From contig OY762007.1 of the NCBI GenBank assembly GCA_963665115.1, positions 6,048,001-6,112,000 on the forward strand: DNA of 64,000 nucleotides, given 5' to 3'. The position numbers and the translations under genes were made by a program. Source of the stretch: an uncultured Rivularia sp. GTDB lineage: Bacteria > Cyanobacteriota > Cyanobacteriia > Cyanobacteriales > Nostocaceae. Under the pieces are notes generated by a model. That model worked only from the letters and a program-made list of their open reading frames with translations. It was not told the DNA's origin and ran no database searches. Positions 27,729-42,000 of this stretch are shown here, one piece after another; the first letter of the stretch is position 1, and each line of letters starts with the position of its first letter.

Positions 27729-29144
27729 TCAACTTTTTACAAGAACAGGTAGAAAACCTGCTTCTCGAAGTTCCCCAATACTTTCTTTTACTGCCCCAAT
27801 TACATAACTAATATCTTCATTTGTGTGAGCGGTAGATAAATAACCACCTGCTCGAAGTAGATACACTCCTTTGCTCAGTAGGTAATAGCGTAACAAGTCC
27901 ATACTCTGTGAAGTCGCAGAACTTTCCTCGGATGTAGAACTTTCCTCCGAAGCAAGACCGAAAAGTGAACCAAAATTAGCCATTCGTATAGGTAATTCTT
28001 CTTTCTCAAAGCAAACATTCAGTGCTGTGACAAACTCGGATGTGCGTTGATTCAATTGGTTCTGAAGGCTTTCTCCCTGAATCTTTAGGTATTTGAGAAC
28101 AGCCCGTGCAGCTGACATTGCTAAAGGATGTTTACAAAAAGTACCTGCAAAGAATGTTGTTTTAGCATTCGGGGAAGAATCATCTCCATAATTCCACATT
28201 CCACCATCGATGGCATCCATATAACTTGCTTTACCAGCAATAATTCCAATGGGCATACCACCGCCAACAATCTTTCCATAGGTGGCTATATCGGCTTTAA
28301 TTCCAAACCACGCTTGTGCACCACCAGGATGAATACGAAATCCAGTTACCATTTCGTCACAAATCAATGCAATCCCTGCTTGTTCAGTTAATTGGCGCAA
28401 TTGCTGAAGAAATATTTTGGGTTGTAAATCAGGTCGCATGGTTTGCACTGGTACAACTAAAACAGCTGCTAATTCTTGTTCATGGGCTTGAATAATGCTG
28501 AGTGATTGGGGATTGCCATAATCTAGGACTAAAACGTCTTCTGCAATATTTGCCGGAATCCCTGGAGCAATTGGTACTGTGCCCAGATTTTGACCTATTT
28601 TCTCTAATTTTACTAAAGTCCCATCAGAATGACCGTGATAAGAACCTGCAAACAACGCTATCTTATTTCTACCCGTGACTGTTCGTGCTAAACGTATCGC
28701 AGTCATGACTGCTTCTGTACCTGTATTGCTAAAGGTAACTCGCTCCATTCCTGTAAATTCGCAAATTAACTCAGCCACTTCACCCGCCATATCTGATTGT
28801 GGACCAAGTTGTATACCTTTTTCTAATTGCTCTTGTAGAACTTCTTTGATAAAAGGTGGATTATGCCCAAACAAATTAACACCCAATCCCATCATCAGAT
28901 CTATATATTCGTTCCCATCCACATCCCATATCCGTGAACCTAGAGAACCTTTGGCCACAATAGGATAAAATATTTCCTTAAATGGTAAATTAAAACCTGC
29001 TGATACTCTATGATCGGCTAGAACCGGACGATATTGTTGTGTAAGGTGTTTTGATTTTTTTGTTTTTTGAATGTAAGCTGCAATAAATTTCTCCATATAC
29101 TTGTGGGAAGTTTGGTTTGGTTTATCTTTGATGTTATTTTGCAT
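27729..29144 (-). CDS. Class III PLP aminotransferase (PKS/NRPS-associated type)
   Basis: DVDGNEYID, NTGTEA, YHG, DEMVTGFR, TYGKIVGGG and AGTF motifs. Confidence 0.93.
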   Translation of the reverse strand: MQNNIKDKPNQTSHKYMEKFIAAYIQKTKKSKHLTQQYRPVLADHRVSAGFNLPFKEIFYPIVAKGSLGSRIWDVDGNEYIDLMMGLGVNLFGHNPPFIKEVLQEQLEKGIQLGPQSDMAGEVAELICEFTGMERVTFSNTGTEAVMTAIRLARTVTGRNKIALFAGSYHGHSDGTLVKLEKIGQNLGTVPIAPGIPANIAEDVLVLDYGNPQSLSIIQAHEQELAAVLVVPVQTMRPDLQPKIFLQQLRQLTEQAGIALICDEMVTGFRIHPGGAQAWFGIKADIATYGKIVGGGMPIGIIAGKASYMDAIDGGMWNYGDDSSPNAKTTFFAGTFCKHPLAMSAARAVLKYLKIQGESLQNQLNQRTSEFVTALNVCFEKEELPIRMANFGSLFGLASEESSTSEESSATSQSMDLLRYYLLSKGVYLLRAGGYLSTAHTNEDISYVIGAVKESIGELREAGFLPVLVKS

Positions 29145-29165
29145 TTTTGTAAACTAATAAAGCAT

Positions 29166-32100
29166 TTACTGGGGGGGATTAAAAAAGCCGCTTTGAATCA
29201 AGTAAGAAAAATAAGTACTAAGTAACTTTGCATCTACTGGTGGACAAACAATGGAAGTATCTACAAGTCCATCGGTTGTATTCTGACAATCAAACTTTAA
29301 TTCTGCTGAGTTAGAATTCTGTTCTGAAGACTCTTGTTTGAGGGCATCTTCAGTCTCTTTATTAGCAAAAAAAGGTATCAATGGGTACAACGGATTGTCC
29401 AGAGAAGTTTCAGAAGCATTGATAAGTTCTGTTTGCCATTGATTGTAAGACATGGGCACGAACGAGTAGCCAAACTCACGTATCCATTTAAAAAGCTCTG
29501 AGGAGCCGATAGGTTGGTGATTCGATAAATGAAAGATTTTATTAAAGCATTGTCTCTGGCTTGATAAATGAATTAAAGCTTTGCTCACATAGTCTACAGG
29601 AGTCATGTCAACAGTAGTCTTTACATCTGGTACGCACTTCATTTGTATAAAGCCTTTGAGCATTCTATACAAACGGTCGCTTGTGTTACAAACACCTGTT
29701 TTACTGTGTCCCGATACACGTCCCTAGCCTGTAAATAGAAACAGGAATACCTCGATTGTATGCAGTAGAAACTAATTTTTCGGCAACCCATTTAGTTTGA
29801 GCATAGCCACCAGAAGGAATTTGACTATGACTAAAGTTATGCAATTCTTGAATTTTTTTGACTTGTGCATGCCCTTCGGAAGACAATACACTCAATGTTG
29901 AGATGTAATGTACGGGTTTAACTTTAATTTTACTAGCTAATCTTAAGATTTCTTGCGTTCCCAGGACATTAGTTGCTTTCAAGGCAGAATACGAATAAAC
30001 AAGATTAATTGCCGCAGCGTTGTGATAAATGACATCAATTTTCTGAGCCATCAGTTTAAATTGTTGCTCAGAAAGACCTAATAACGGCTTAGATAAGTCT
30101 CCAATCACTGGAATGATGCGGTTGCTTAAAGATTCATCCCAAATCAAATTAGATTCAAGATGTTTTTGCAACTTTTTCTTCCCTGATTCAGCATTGGCAG
30201 CACGTATTAAGCAATAAATATTAGCATTAGTTTCTTGTAAAAGTTCATATAGTAAAAATGCTCCAACAAACCCTGTTGCTCCAGTCAAGAATATATGAGA
30301 TGGCTGATTTGGATACTCAAAAGATGTTTCAGCACGGATTGTAGAATCTAGTACAGCTTCAGCATTTAAAACTTCAAGTGTGATTTTGCTTGCCGCAATA
30401 GAAGTTTGGGTTTGAGCAGTTGATGGGATTTTACTTAAAGCTGAAGGATGTTCCTCAGTTCTAAAAGACTGACAATGGACGATGATTTCCCGCAGCCCCT
30501 TAATGAAACTTTCAGCTAGACGCTCAATGGTAGCTCGGTGATGAATTGCCTTGCTATATGTCCAATTTATCTGTAATTGACCTCCTGTGACAATCCCATT
30601 AACATCAAGTAAATAGCTTCGGTTAGACAGCAAGCTACGTTCTGTTTCTGTAGATTCTGGGGCTGGTATAAATAAAGATGAATCCCCGAATAACTGGTCA
30701 GACTGACCCAAATAATTAAATCTAATTTCTGAAGAAGGTATGCAATCTCGTAAAGTCGCAGCTTCTTCACCACCGAGATAGCGCAGTAAACCATAGCCTA
30801 TTCCACGATTCGGAATACTCCGAAGCTGAGTTTTAATAGTTTCTAAAGCAGATTCTATGCCATTTGTCTCTCTAATATCTAAGAATACCGGAAAAATAGT
30901 ACTAAACCAACCCAAAGTTCGGGATAAGTCTACATCATCGAAGATTTCTTCCCTTCCATGACCTTCCAAATCAACCACTAGTGAGCGCACACCAATCCAC
31001 TTTTCAACAGCTTGTATCAGTATTGTGAGTAGAACATCGTTAATTTGAGTCCGATAAGTTGCTGACACTTCTTGTAATAAAGCTTGAGTTTCTTGTTGAC
31101 TCAAAGCCATCGATATAGTTTCAGCTAAAGCTACAGTGTTATCGCCATCAGGAAAGTCTAAGGGTAATTGGACACTTTGTCGAGGAATCTTAGTTAACCA
31201 GTAATTTAGTTCTTGTGGTATTACTTGAGACTGGGTATATTCTTGCAGTCGTTGTGCCCAATGTTTGAATGAAGTGGTTTTAGGAGGCAGTGCGATCGCC
31301 TTTCCTTGACTAATCTGTTGGTAAGCAGTTTGTAAGTCTTCTAACAAAACCCGCCAAGATATGCCATCGACGACCAAATGGTGAATAATAATTAACAGGC
31401 GTTGAGACTTACCAGTGCCTAAATCAAATAGAGCAACTCGTAGCAGAGGACCATTACTTAAGTTCAGGCTCCTATGGAGTGTAGTGGCTGTGTTAGAAAT
31501 GGCTGACTTTTGCTTGAGCTCTGACATGGTTGATAAATCAAGCAAGGTAAATGGTACAACTTCATCAAAGTCAGTATTAACCTGCTGAGTGTCTGTTCCC
31601 TGATAATCATAACGCAGGCGCAGAGCATCGTGATGCTTTAACAATTGCTTTACTGCTTGTGCCAATAAGAGCGGTGAGAGAGCTTGTCGAACTTCCAGCA
31701 AAACTGCTTGATTCCAGTGATGCATCTGGGGAAAATTCTGTTCAAAGAACCAGCGTTGAATAGGGGTAAGAGGAACTGAACCTGTTACTAGCCCTTGTTC
31801 AGCTTGAATCACTTTATTACTTCCCGCAACCTCAGCTAGTCCGGCAATGGTTTGGTGTTCAAAAAACTGCTTGGGTGTCAGTCGCAAACCAGCCTGGTTA
31901 GCTTTGGCGATAATCTGCATACTAAGAATAGAATCTCCGCCCAACTCAAAAAAATTATTATAAATTCCTACCCGTTCGAGTTTAAGAATTTTAGCCCATA
32001 TACCGGACAACAACTTCTCAGCAGTATTACGAGGTGCAACAAAATTTTCTGCCAAATCAGGTCTGCTATCGGGTGCTGGCAATCCCTGACGATTTACTTT

Positions 32101-34965
32101 GCCATTAGGTAAAAGTGGCAGAGTTTTTAGCCGAATGAAGGCAGACGGAACCATGTAGTGTGGTAGCCTTTCTAGTAAAAAATCTCGTAGGTCAGGTGTT
32201 GTAAGGGTAGATTGTTTTTCAAGTACTACATATGCTACCAGAGACTTGTTTCCTGGTCGATCCTCACGAGCCAGTACCACAGTTTCTCGAACAGTAGGGT
32301 GTTGTTTGAGTGCAGATTCAATTTCCCCTAGCTCAATGCGAAAGCCATGAATTTTGACTTGGTTATCAATCCGTCCGAGAAACTCAATATTGCCGTCTGG
32401 TAAGTAGCGAGCTAAATCACCTGTTTTGTACAAGCGCTGTGTGAAACCAATCTCTTGTGTTTCTGCAAAGGGATTAAAAATAAATTTTTCATTTGTTAGC
32501 TCCGGCCGGTTTAGATAGCATCTAGCTACTCCCGCACCCCCAAGGTATAATTCTCCGGGTACGCCAATAGGCACTGGTTGTAGCAAAGAATCCAAGATAT
32601 AAATTTGAGTGTTAGCAATTGGACGGCCGAGAGGAATATTCTCAGAATAATCAATAGTTTGCTCAAGCTTGATTGGATAAGTTAATATGCCAACAGTGGC
32701 TTCTGTTGGCCCGTAGTGGTTAAAAATAAAGCATTCGGGAGCCAATTGCTGTATTTGTTTAATCAATTTACCTGTGAGAGCTTCACCACCAATAATCAAT
32801 CGCTTTTTAGGTAAAATTCGTTCAGGGTGAGAAGATGTTAGTAAAGCACTCAGATGAGAAGGAACAATCTTTAGGCAGTCTATGGAATGACGATGAAAAT
32901 AGTTTGCTAAAGTCTCAGGATTGGAAGCATATTCTGATGGCACTACATATAGGCATCCACCAGTACATAAGGCAGGAAAGATAACAGTGTTGCCCAAGTC
33001 AGCAGCAAATGTAGAAACGGTAGCAAATCTACTGCATACCGAAAGATTTAGTCTGTCTTGAATTGCATTTATATAGTTGACAAGTTGTTGATGCTCAACA
33101 GCAACTCCTTTAGGTTTGCCTGTTGAACCGGAAGTGAAGAGTACGTAGACTAAATCTTTAGTTGTTACAAAGTTGTTCGGCTTGCTAGTTCTCTCTTGAG
33201 CAATCACTTCCCAGTTTGTATCTAAGGATACTATCTGAGTTTTTAAATCTGGATTTTTTTTAACTAATGCCCCTTGTGTCAAAATTACAGGTACCCGAGC
33301 ATCTTGCAATCGGTACGCTAAACCCTCTGGAGGTAGTTCTGGATCGAGAGGAAGATAGGCTCCACCAGCTTTGAGGATAGCCAGTAGAGCGATAACTATT
33401 TCAAGCGATCGCTCTAAATAAACTCCTACTAAAACTTCTGGTTTAACTCCTTGGCTTTGTAGATAGTTAGCTAATTGATTGGCGCGTGCGTTTAACTCGT
33501 AGTAAGTTAGTTGTTGTTCTTCAAACACAACAGCAATTTTATCCGGTGTCTGTTCTGCTTGTTCCTCAAATATCTGGTGAATACACTTGTCTTGTTGGTA
33601 TTGTTTTTGGGTATTATTGAATTCAACTAACAGTTGTTGTCTTTGGCGCGCGCCAAGAATATTTAGCCTCGCAATAGAACTTTCTGGATTTTGAATTACA
33701 CTTGTTAATAAGTTTTGAAACTGTTCTGATAATGTTTTGATATCTTGCAGATTATATAAGTTTGAATCGAAATAAAACTGGGCAATTAAATTATCAGACT
33801 GAAGAAGGCAAGTTAATTTAATCTTAAATTTATCAATACAAGAGTACTGCTTGTATAAAGAAAACAACAGATTCTCAGCAGATAATTCCGGATATTCTTC
33901 AAATTCAAAACTAAATGGACAAAAAGACTGTGAGTTTACAGTTTCTTGCCAGGTAAAATATTCTTGTGATTCGTAGGCACTATTTACCAGTTTATTTATT
34001 TTTTTTAGTATTTCGCTAAATTGAAATTCTGCTTCTAAATTATAAGAAAGCGGTAAATGTTTGGATAACAGTCCTAAAGCTTGATTTAATTCTTCGTATT
34101 TTCTACCATCGCCAGTAACACCAATAAATATATCCGACTGTCTAGTAATTTTCCAAATTAATATCAACCAACAAGCTAGCAGAAAATCAGATTTATTAAC
34201 CTTATATGTGTTAGTTATTGATTCTATCTGTTTGATTAAATCATTACTGATATTTAAAGAAATATATTCAGGCTGAAATTGTGAAATTGTAGTTTGTTTA
34301 TTTTCAAACCAAAGTTTTACATTATTAATCAAACTCACATCTTGCTTACGCCAATATTCTTTGCCTAATTCTGACTCATTTGACTCTAAAAGTTCATTTT
34401 GCCATTGTGCAATATCCGCATATTGCATTGGTTCATCAAGAATATGTTTCTCTCCTGAGCAAGCTGCATATGAACTACTAATTTTGTTAAGTAAAATTTT
34501 GAGAGTAAAGCTATCCGCAATTAATGCAGATAAACTTAACATTAATATATATTTTGTCGGAGATAAAGTAATGATATATATCTGTAAAGGTAAATCCTTT
34601 TCTAACTGAAAAGGTCTTCCTTTTAATTCAGTAAATAGAGACTCAATTTTATTTTCTTGTTCTTTTTGAGGCAAACCAATAAAATTAAATTCGTTGATAT
34701 ATTTATTAATACAAATATCAGAAGTGTCAGCTATCACTTGTAATGGTACTGTCATCCCAGGAAGGCAATGAAAATTAGTCCGAAGAATCTCATAGCGATT
34801 GACAACATTCTGCAATGCAGTTTTTAAAACCTCAATATTTAAATTACCTGTGATTATAACTGCACGTTGAACACGTAATGGTAATTGGCTATCACTTTGT
34901 TGTAAAAGCCACAAATGCTTTTGCTGGGGAGATAATTCAAATCCTTCTAGTTGTTCTTTTTGCAT
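29166..34965 (-). CDS. Terminal NRPS: interface-type C - A(Asp) - PCP - E - thioester reductase; frameshifted at 29722-29724
   Basis: First C-like domain has LSALIAD instead of HHxxxD; A code read as DLTKIGHVGK; PCP GGDSI; E domain HHLVVDGISW/EGHGRE; R domain TGATGFVG and GYAQTKW; removing one C gives YRLGRVSGHSKTG joining ORF 29166..29672. Confidence 0.9.
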
Positions 34966-35010
34966 ATTAATACCACCATTATATTAACAATAAACTTCTT
35001 GGTCACTATT

Positions 35011-36048
35011 TTATTCAGCCATTGCCACTACAACCTTACGCGAACCCTGAAATGGCATTCTTCCATGTGCATAAAGCATATTATCTAGTAATAATACATC
35101 TCCTTCCTGCCAAGGAAATATAATTGATTCTTGCTGATAAATTTCCCTGATTTCTTCTAATATAGAAGTTTCAATAGCAGAACCATCACCGTAATAAACA
35201 TTGCGGGGTAAATCTTCTTCTTTGAAATTAGTTAAAAGCTGTGCGCGAACAGTCGGTTCTATATTTGAAATATGAAATAGGTGAGCTTGATTAAACCAAA
35301 CTATTTCTGATGTTTTAGGATGCTTGGCAATAACTTGACAAATTTGACGAGTTTTTAAGTCAATACCAGAAGTATTGCTATCTCGCCACTCTAATTCAAT
35401 TCCTTCCTGATGACAATATGTTTCTACTTCTAACTTGTTATTAGTATTAAATACATTTTGCCAGGTTAAATCTAATCCTACTCCATAGTTTCGTACATAC
35501 ATGACCTGTTTTTGCAGAAATTTTTCTTTAATTTTTGCGTCTATACGAGCAAAAATTTTGCGACTATCAGCAATCGGTGTCTCTCCTCCTTGTAAAGCCT
35601 TATTAATACAACAAAACGCAATTTTCATCGGCCATTTTCGAGAGTAAGACATTTCATTATGGAGCGGAATAAAATGAGTTGCAGGGTATTCAGTAGAAGT
35701 ATAAATATTTCCCGTGACATGACTGCGTGGTGTGGAACGGTAAGAATATTCCAGCAAGTTCTCAGAAATAGTTTGTATAAATTTTTGAAATTCAGTTACA
35801 TTATTTAACTGAAAACCACGAAAAAGTATACCTCCTTGTTTCAATAATTGATTTTCAATCCAAGTCCGATTATGTTGAGTCCAAACTGCCAAATTTAAGT
35901 TATCCACATTTGGTTGAACAATTAAGGGAAGAGAATTATCTGATTGTAAATAAGATGTTTTAATTAATTCATCTTGGGACACACTAATAGATTTACGACT
36001 GATAGTTCCCAATTTTTTTAGATTTTTCTTAAAGCCTGTATTATTCAT
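35011..36048 (-). CDS. Stand-alone Fe(II)/2-oxoglutarate Asp beta-hydroxylase (SyrP/TauD-like)
   Basis: YRSTPRS, YTSTEYP, LHNEMSY, GGETP, WFNQAHLFH and DNML.AHGR motifs. Confidence 0.9.
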   Translation of the reverse strand: MNNTGFKKNLKKLGTISRKSISVSQDELIKTSYLQSDNSLPLIVQPNVDNLNLAVWTQHNRTWIENQLLKQGGILFRGFQLNNVTEFQKFIQTISENLLEYSYRSTPRSHVTGNIYTSTEYPATHFIPLHNEMSYSRKWPMKIAFCCINKALQGGETPIADSRKIFARIDAKIKEKFLQKQVMYVRNYGVGLDLTWQNVFNTNNKLEVETYCHQEGIELEWRDSNTSGIDLKTRQICQVIAKHPKTSEIVWFNQAHLFHISNIEPTVRAQLLTNFKEEDLPRNVYYGDGSAIETSILEEIREIYQQESIIFPWQEGDVLLLDNMLYAHGRMPFQGSRKVVVAMAE

Positions 36049-36064
36049 TGTTGATTGTTCCTGA

Positions 36065-39000
36065 TTAATTCCGAATTATTTTTCGCTTAGTCATTTTTAA
36101 TTTTTGCTGTTCTGTAACTTGAAGTTCTTGTTTTTGTATTTTCTGTTGTTCTTCATCGCTTTGAGTCAATATTGTCGCAATTTCATCTAATGTTGTATCT
36201 GGCTGCGCGACAACATGATTTATTACTGTTTTAAAATGTTCAATTAACCGAGAAATAGTAGCTTCGTCAAACAAGTCTGTTTTATACTCAAATTTACCAT
36301 TAAGCCCTTCTGAACTTTCCCCAATTGATAAAAGCAAATCATGTCGCACGGTATCCCTTTCAATCTCTAAGGTAGTGAGGCTTAAACCGGGTAATTCCAA
36401 CTGTGGCATTGGAGCATTCTGGAGGACAAACCATGCTTGGTATAGTGGATTCTGATTTAAATTTCTTTCTGGCTGTAGTTCTTCTACCAGTTTTTCAAAA
36501 GGCAAATCTTGGTGAGCATAGGCTTCTAATGTAACCTGACGCGATCGCGCTAATAATTCCCGGAAACTGGGATTGCCAGATAAGTCGATACGTAGCACCA
36601 AGGTATTAATAAAAAATCCAATCAGTTTCTCTATTTCAACTCGATTGCGGTTGGCAATTGGTGAGCCAACTCGGATGTCTTGAGTACCGCTAAAGCAATG
36701 AAGCAACACTTGGAAAACTGCCAGCAGCGTCATGAATAAAGTTGCCCCTTGTTGACGACTAAGCAAATTGATTGCTTCGGTTAAAACTTTAGACAATGTA
36801 AATGATTGCTTTGCACCCTGACTATTTTCAACCCTTGAGCGCTTTGGTGATTTGGGCAATGCTAGCCGAGGATGAGTATTACCTAGTTTTTGTTTCCAAT
36901 AATCGAGCTGGTTTTGCAATACCTTTCCTTGTAACCATTGGCGTTGCCAAATAGCAAAATCTGTATACTGGATACTCAGTTCGGAAAGAGGAGAAGGCTT
37001 TCCGGCACAAAAAGCTGGATATAGGGCTGCTATTTCCTCTATTAATACTCCTATTGACCAAGCATCAGAGACGATGTGGTGCATTGTCAATAGTACTATG
37101 TGTTCTTGCTCCCCAAGACGTAATAGTTTTACTCTGAGTAAATGGTCGCTGTTAAGATCGAAGGGTTGTTGAGCTTCTTGATAAGCCTGTTGTTTAATTT
37201 CGGCTTGTTGTTGAAAAGCACTTAAGGAACTAATATCTATTATTGGTAATGTTAAAGTTTTGACTTTAGAGATGATAGCTACTGCTCGTCCTTCTAAGGT
37301 TTGAAAATTGGTTCTAAGCACTTCATGACGGCGGACAATTTCGTTGAAGCTTTGTTTTAATGCATTGTGATTTAATTCTCCTTCTAATCGGACAGCCGTA
37401 GGAATATTGTAGGAGGAACTGTTAGGCTCTAGCTGGCTTAGGAACCATAACCTCTGCTGGGCAAATGATAGTGGTAATTCTGTAGCTCTTTTGTTGATTC
37501 GCTCAAGGGGTGGTATTTCCAATCTATAGCCAGCTTGGCTAGCTTTATCAATTTCTTTTGCTAACCCAGCTATCGTTGGTTTTTCAAATAAATAACGTAA
37601 AGGAAGCTCTACTTGGAATATTTGCCGGATTTGAGACATTACACGAGTAGCGATTAAGGAATGTCCTCCTAATTCAAAGAAATTATTATCAATACCTACT
37701 TCTTCTATACCAAGCACTTCTGCCCAAATACCCGCTAATAAATTCTCAATTGGTGTGGAAGCAGGGACTATATTAGATGATGATACTTGTGTTAATTCAG
37801 GTACAGGTAATGCTTTGCGGTCAACTTTGCCATTAGGTGTTAATGGTAATGCCTCTAATAAAAGTAAAGCATTTGGAATCATGTAGTTTGGTAACTTTGA
37901 TTCTAAAAAGCTACGTAGCTCAGGAATTGTCAGTGTTTGTTCAAGATGAGCAACTACATAAGCGACTATTTGTTGAGAATCTATTGAATCTTTCCTGACT
38001 ACAACTACAGTTTCTCGTACTGCTGGGTGTTGGCTAATTACTGTTTCAATTTCTCCGAGTTCAATACGGAAACCACGTATTTTTACTTGGTTGTCAATCC
38101 GTCCTAAATATTCAATATCTCCACTCGGTAGATAACGTGCTAAGTCCCCAGTTTTATACAGACGTGTTGTTTCTGTACTAAAGGGGTTAGGGATAAATTT
38201 CTCTGCACTTAAATCGGGACGGTTGAAGTAACCCCGTGCAAGCCCTTCGCCACCAATACACAACTCACCCGCTATACCCACAGGAACTAGTTGACTGTAT
38301 TGGTCTAGGATATAAAGTTGTGTATTCGCAATCGGATTACTAATCGGTATTATCTGACTATCAGTCTTAATCTGGGATGCTGCCGACCAAATAGTGGTTT
38401 CTGTCGGACCGTACATATTCCATAAAGAGTTACATCTCTCAAGTAACTTATTTGCCAAATGTCCTGGTAAAGCTTCTCCACCACAAAGAATTTTTAATTG
38501 AGGATTACCATCCCAACCTGCTAACACAAGTAACTGCCATGTTGCTGGTGTCGCTTGCATGACTGTAGCTTTTGAATCTATCAATTTTGCTAATAACTGA
38601 GTTCCATCTAAGGTCATTTCCCGACTTGCGACTACCAAGCGAGCGCCTACGATGATTGGCAAGAAAAGTTCTAATGCGGCAATATCAAAGGAATAGGTAG
38701 TTACTGCTAGTAATATGTCATCAGATGTTAATCCTGGCTCTTGCTTCATCGAGTACAAAAAGTTACTCAAGGCACTGTGGGGAATTTGTACGCCTTTAGG
38801 TTTACCTGTGGAACCAGAAGTATAGATGATATAAGCGAGATTATCAGTAGTAGTTAGCGCACATAAATTTTCTTGGCTTTGTTGTGCGATCATCTCGTAA
38901 TCATGATCTAAACAAATGACTTGAGCTTCGTGTTGCGGTATCGCTTCTAGAATTGAGGCTTGAGCTAGTAATACTGGTGCTTGAGTATCTTCTAGTATAA

Positions 39001-42000
39001 ATTTTAATCTTTCTTTTGGATAGCTAGGGTCAAGGGGTATGTATGCACCACCGGCTTTGAGGATGGCTAATAATCCGATAACCATATCAAGGGAGCGCTC
39101 TATACAAATTCCCACTAGAACTTCTGGTTTTACTCCCAGTAAGCGCAAATGATGTGCCAGTTGATTTGCTTTAGCGTTTAGTTCGCAGTAAGTTAATTTT
39201 TGGTCTTCAAAAACTACAGCCACCGTATTTGGTGTTCTTTCTACCTGAACTTCAAATAGTTGATGTAAAAATAGTTCCGGTTGCTCAATAGTTTTACCCT
39301 TGCTCCATTTTAATAACTGCTGTTCTTCAGTAGTGGTCAACAAAGGTAATTCCCCGAGGTGCTGCTGAGGATTAGCCACAATTTCTGTTAGTAAAACCTC
39401 AAAATTTGTAGCTAAACGTGAAATCGTTATTTCATCAAATAAATCAGTATTGTATTCAAAATTAGCAATCAATCCCTGCTCTACATATTCTATAACTAAA
39501 GTCAGGTCAAACTTCGCTGTTATGCCGTTGTTTTCTAAAGACTCTACCTTTAATCCAGGCAACTCTAATTTTCTCATTGCTGCATTTTGCAACACAAACA
39601 TTACCTGAAACAAAGGATTATGGCTCAAATTACGTTCCGGCTGTATTTCTTCTACTAATTTCTCGAAGGGCAAATCTTGATGAGCATAAGCTCCTAGTGC
39701 TACGGAACGTACTTGTTTTAGCAAATCGCAAAAACTAGGATTACCAGCTAAGTTACTTCGCAATACCAAAGTATTAACAAAAAAGCCAATTAAATTTTCA
39801 ATTTCTGTTCTGTTTCTATTAGCAATAGGCGAACCAACTAGAATATCAGTTTGACCCGTGTAGCGATACAATAAAATTTTAAATGCTGCCAACAATGTCA
39901 TAAACAAAGTGACATCTTGTTGTTTTGACAGAGTTTTTAATTCTTCTGCTAAGCTTTTTGGGAGAACAAATGATAAAGTTTTTCCCGCATAAGTCCGAAC
40001 TGTAGGACGAGGGTGGTCAGTAGGAAGTTGTAATATAGGCAATTCACCTGATAATTGTTTCTGCCAATAAGTTAGTTGATTTTGAAACCTTTCTTTCTCT
40101 AACCATTGTCTCTGCCAAACCGCAAAGTCTGCATATTGTATAGGTAACTGTGGTAAGTAGGAAGGTCTACCAGAATAAATATCTGTATACAGTGTCGCTA
40201 CTTCCCGAATTAATATATCGTTTGACCAACCGTCAGAAATAATATGATGTAGCGTCAATAAAATTACATATTCTTCTACATCTAATTGCAGCAATTTCGC
40301 TCGTAATAATGGCGCTTGAGTAAGGTCAAATCCCGTTTGTGCTTCTTCTTTGGCAAGGTTATATAGTTCTGCTTCTCGTCGTTGAGATGGAAGCTTTTGT
40401 AAATCTATAATTGGTAATTTTAAGTTTATAAAATCAGAAATTTTTTGGATTGGTTGACCATCTGCGATGCCAATACTTGTTCGCAACATTTCATGTCGCC
40501 TAATAATTTCGTTAAGGCTTGCCCGGAGTGCATTTATATTTAGTTTCCCTTGTAAGCGCAATGCTCTAGGCAAATTATATGAGGAGCTACCCGGTTCAAA
40601 CTGGTCAAAAAACCAAAGTCTTTGTTGAGCAAAAGATAGGGGGAGATTCTTATCTCTAGAAACAGGAGTAATGGTTACAATTTCGTGGTGTTCTCCCACG
40701 GGTGCTTCAATTTGCGCTGCTAGTGCTGCTAAATTTGGCGATTCAAATAGTTGCGGTAAAGAAATCTCTGCGCCAAAGCTAGTACGGATGCGAGAAATAA
40801 CCTGAGTCGCTAATAGAGAATGTCCGCCCAATTCAAAGAAATTATCGTTAATACTTACCTGGGGTACACCTAACAATTGCGTCCAAATACCCGCTAATAC
40901 TTCTTCGACAGGAGTACGAGGAGCAATAAAGCTAGTTTTTCTGCTGGCTACTTCTTCTGGCGCAGGTAAAGCATTACGGTCTAATTTACCATTCGCTGTC
41001 AGAGGTAAAGCTTTGAGGAAGATAAAGGATACGGGTATCATATACTCTGGCAACTTAATTTTTAGAAAGTCGCGGAAGTTAATATCCGATGATGTCCCAG
41101 ATTGAGGAATTACATAGGCAACTAGGCGCTTTTCTCCTAATAAGTCATCTTTAATAATGACCGCACTTTCTCGTACTTCTGGATGTTCGTTGAGGGCTGT
41201 TGATACCTCACCTAGTTCAATGCGGTAGCCTCTTATTTTTACTTGATCGTCGAAACGACCAAGAAATTCTAAGTTACCATCCGATAGATAACGAGCGCGA
41301 TCACCTGTTTTGTACAATCGCTGTTGAGTATCACTGAAGGGATTATTAATAAACTTTTCATTAGTCAACTCAACATGATTTAAATAACCCCGTGCTAAGG
41401 ATTCACCGCTAATATATAGCTCTCCTGCTACCCCTAAAGAAACTGGTATTAGGTGTTTATCTAATACATAAACCTGGGTGTTAGCAATAGGTTTACCGAT
41501 AGGAACCGTTACAGCTTCCTGAATTTTCCTACTGATTGGGTAAGTAAGTACCCCAACTGTAGTTTCTGTAGGTCCGTAGTGATTAAGAATTCTACAATGA
41601 GGTGCATTTTTCTCTATTTTCTCAATCAAATTCCAATCAGCTGCTTCACCACCGAGAATAAGTAGCTGATGGGGTAAAATTTCCATACACTCGGAACTTA
41701 ATAAAGCTGCTAAGTGGGAGGGAACTATTTTCAAACAGTCGATAGGATGACGACGAAAGTAGTCTGAAGCAGCAATTGGATCGGATGCTCGTTGCCAAGT
41801 TACAATATGTAAACATCCACCACTACACAAACAAGGGAAAATTACGGTATTACCTAAATCTGCGGCGAAGGTAGAAACAGTTGCATAACTAGCATTATCA
41901 GGAAGTTGCAGTTTTGGCAAAATTCCGTATAAATAATTAAGTAAATGTTGATGCTCAATAGCAACACCTTTGGGTTTACCTGTGGAACCGGAAGTGTAGA

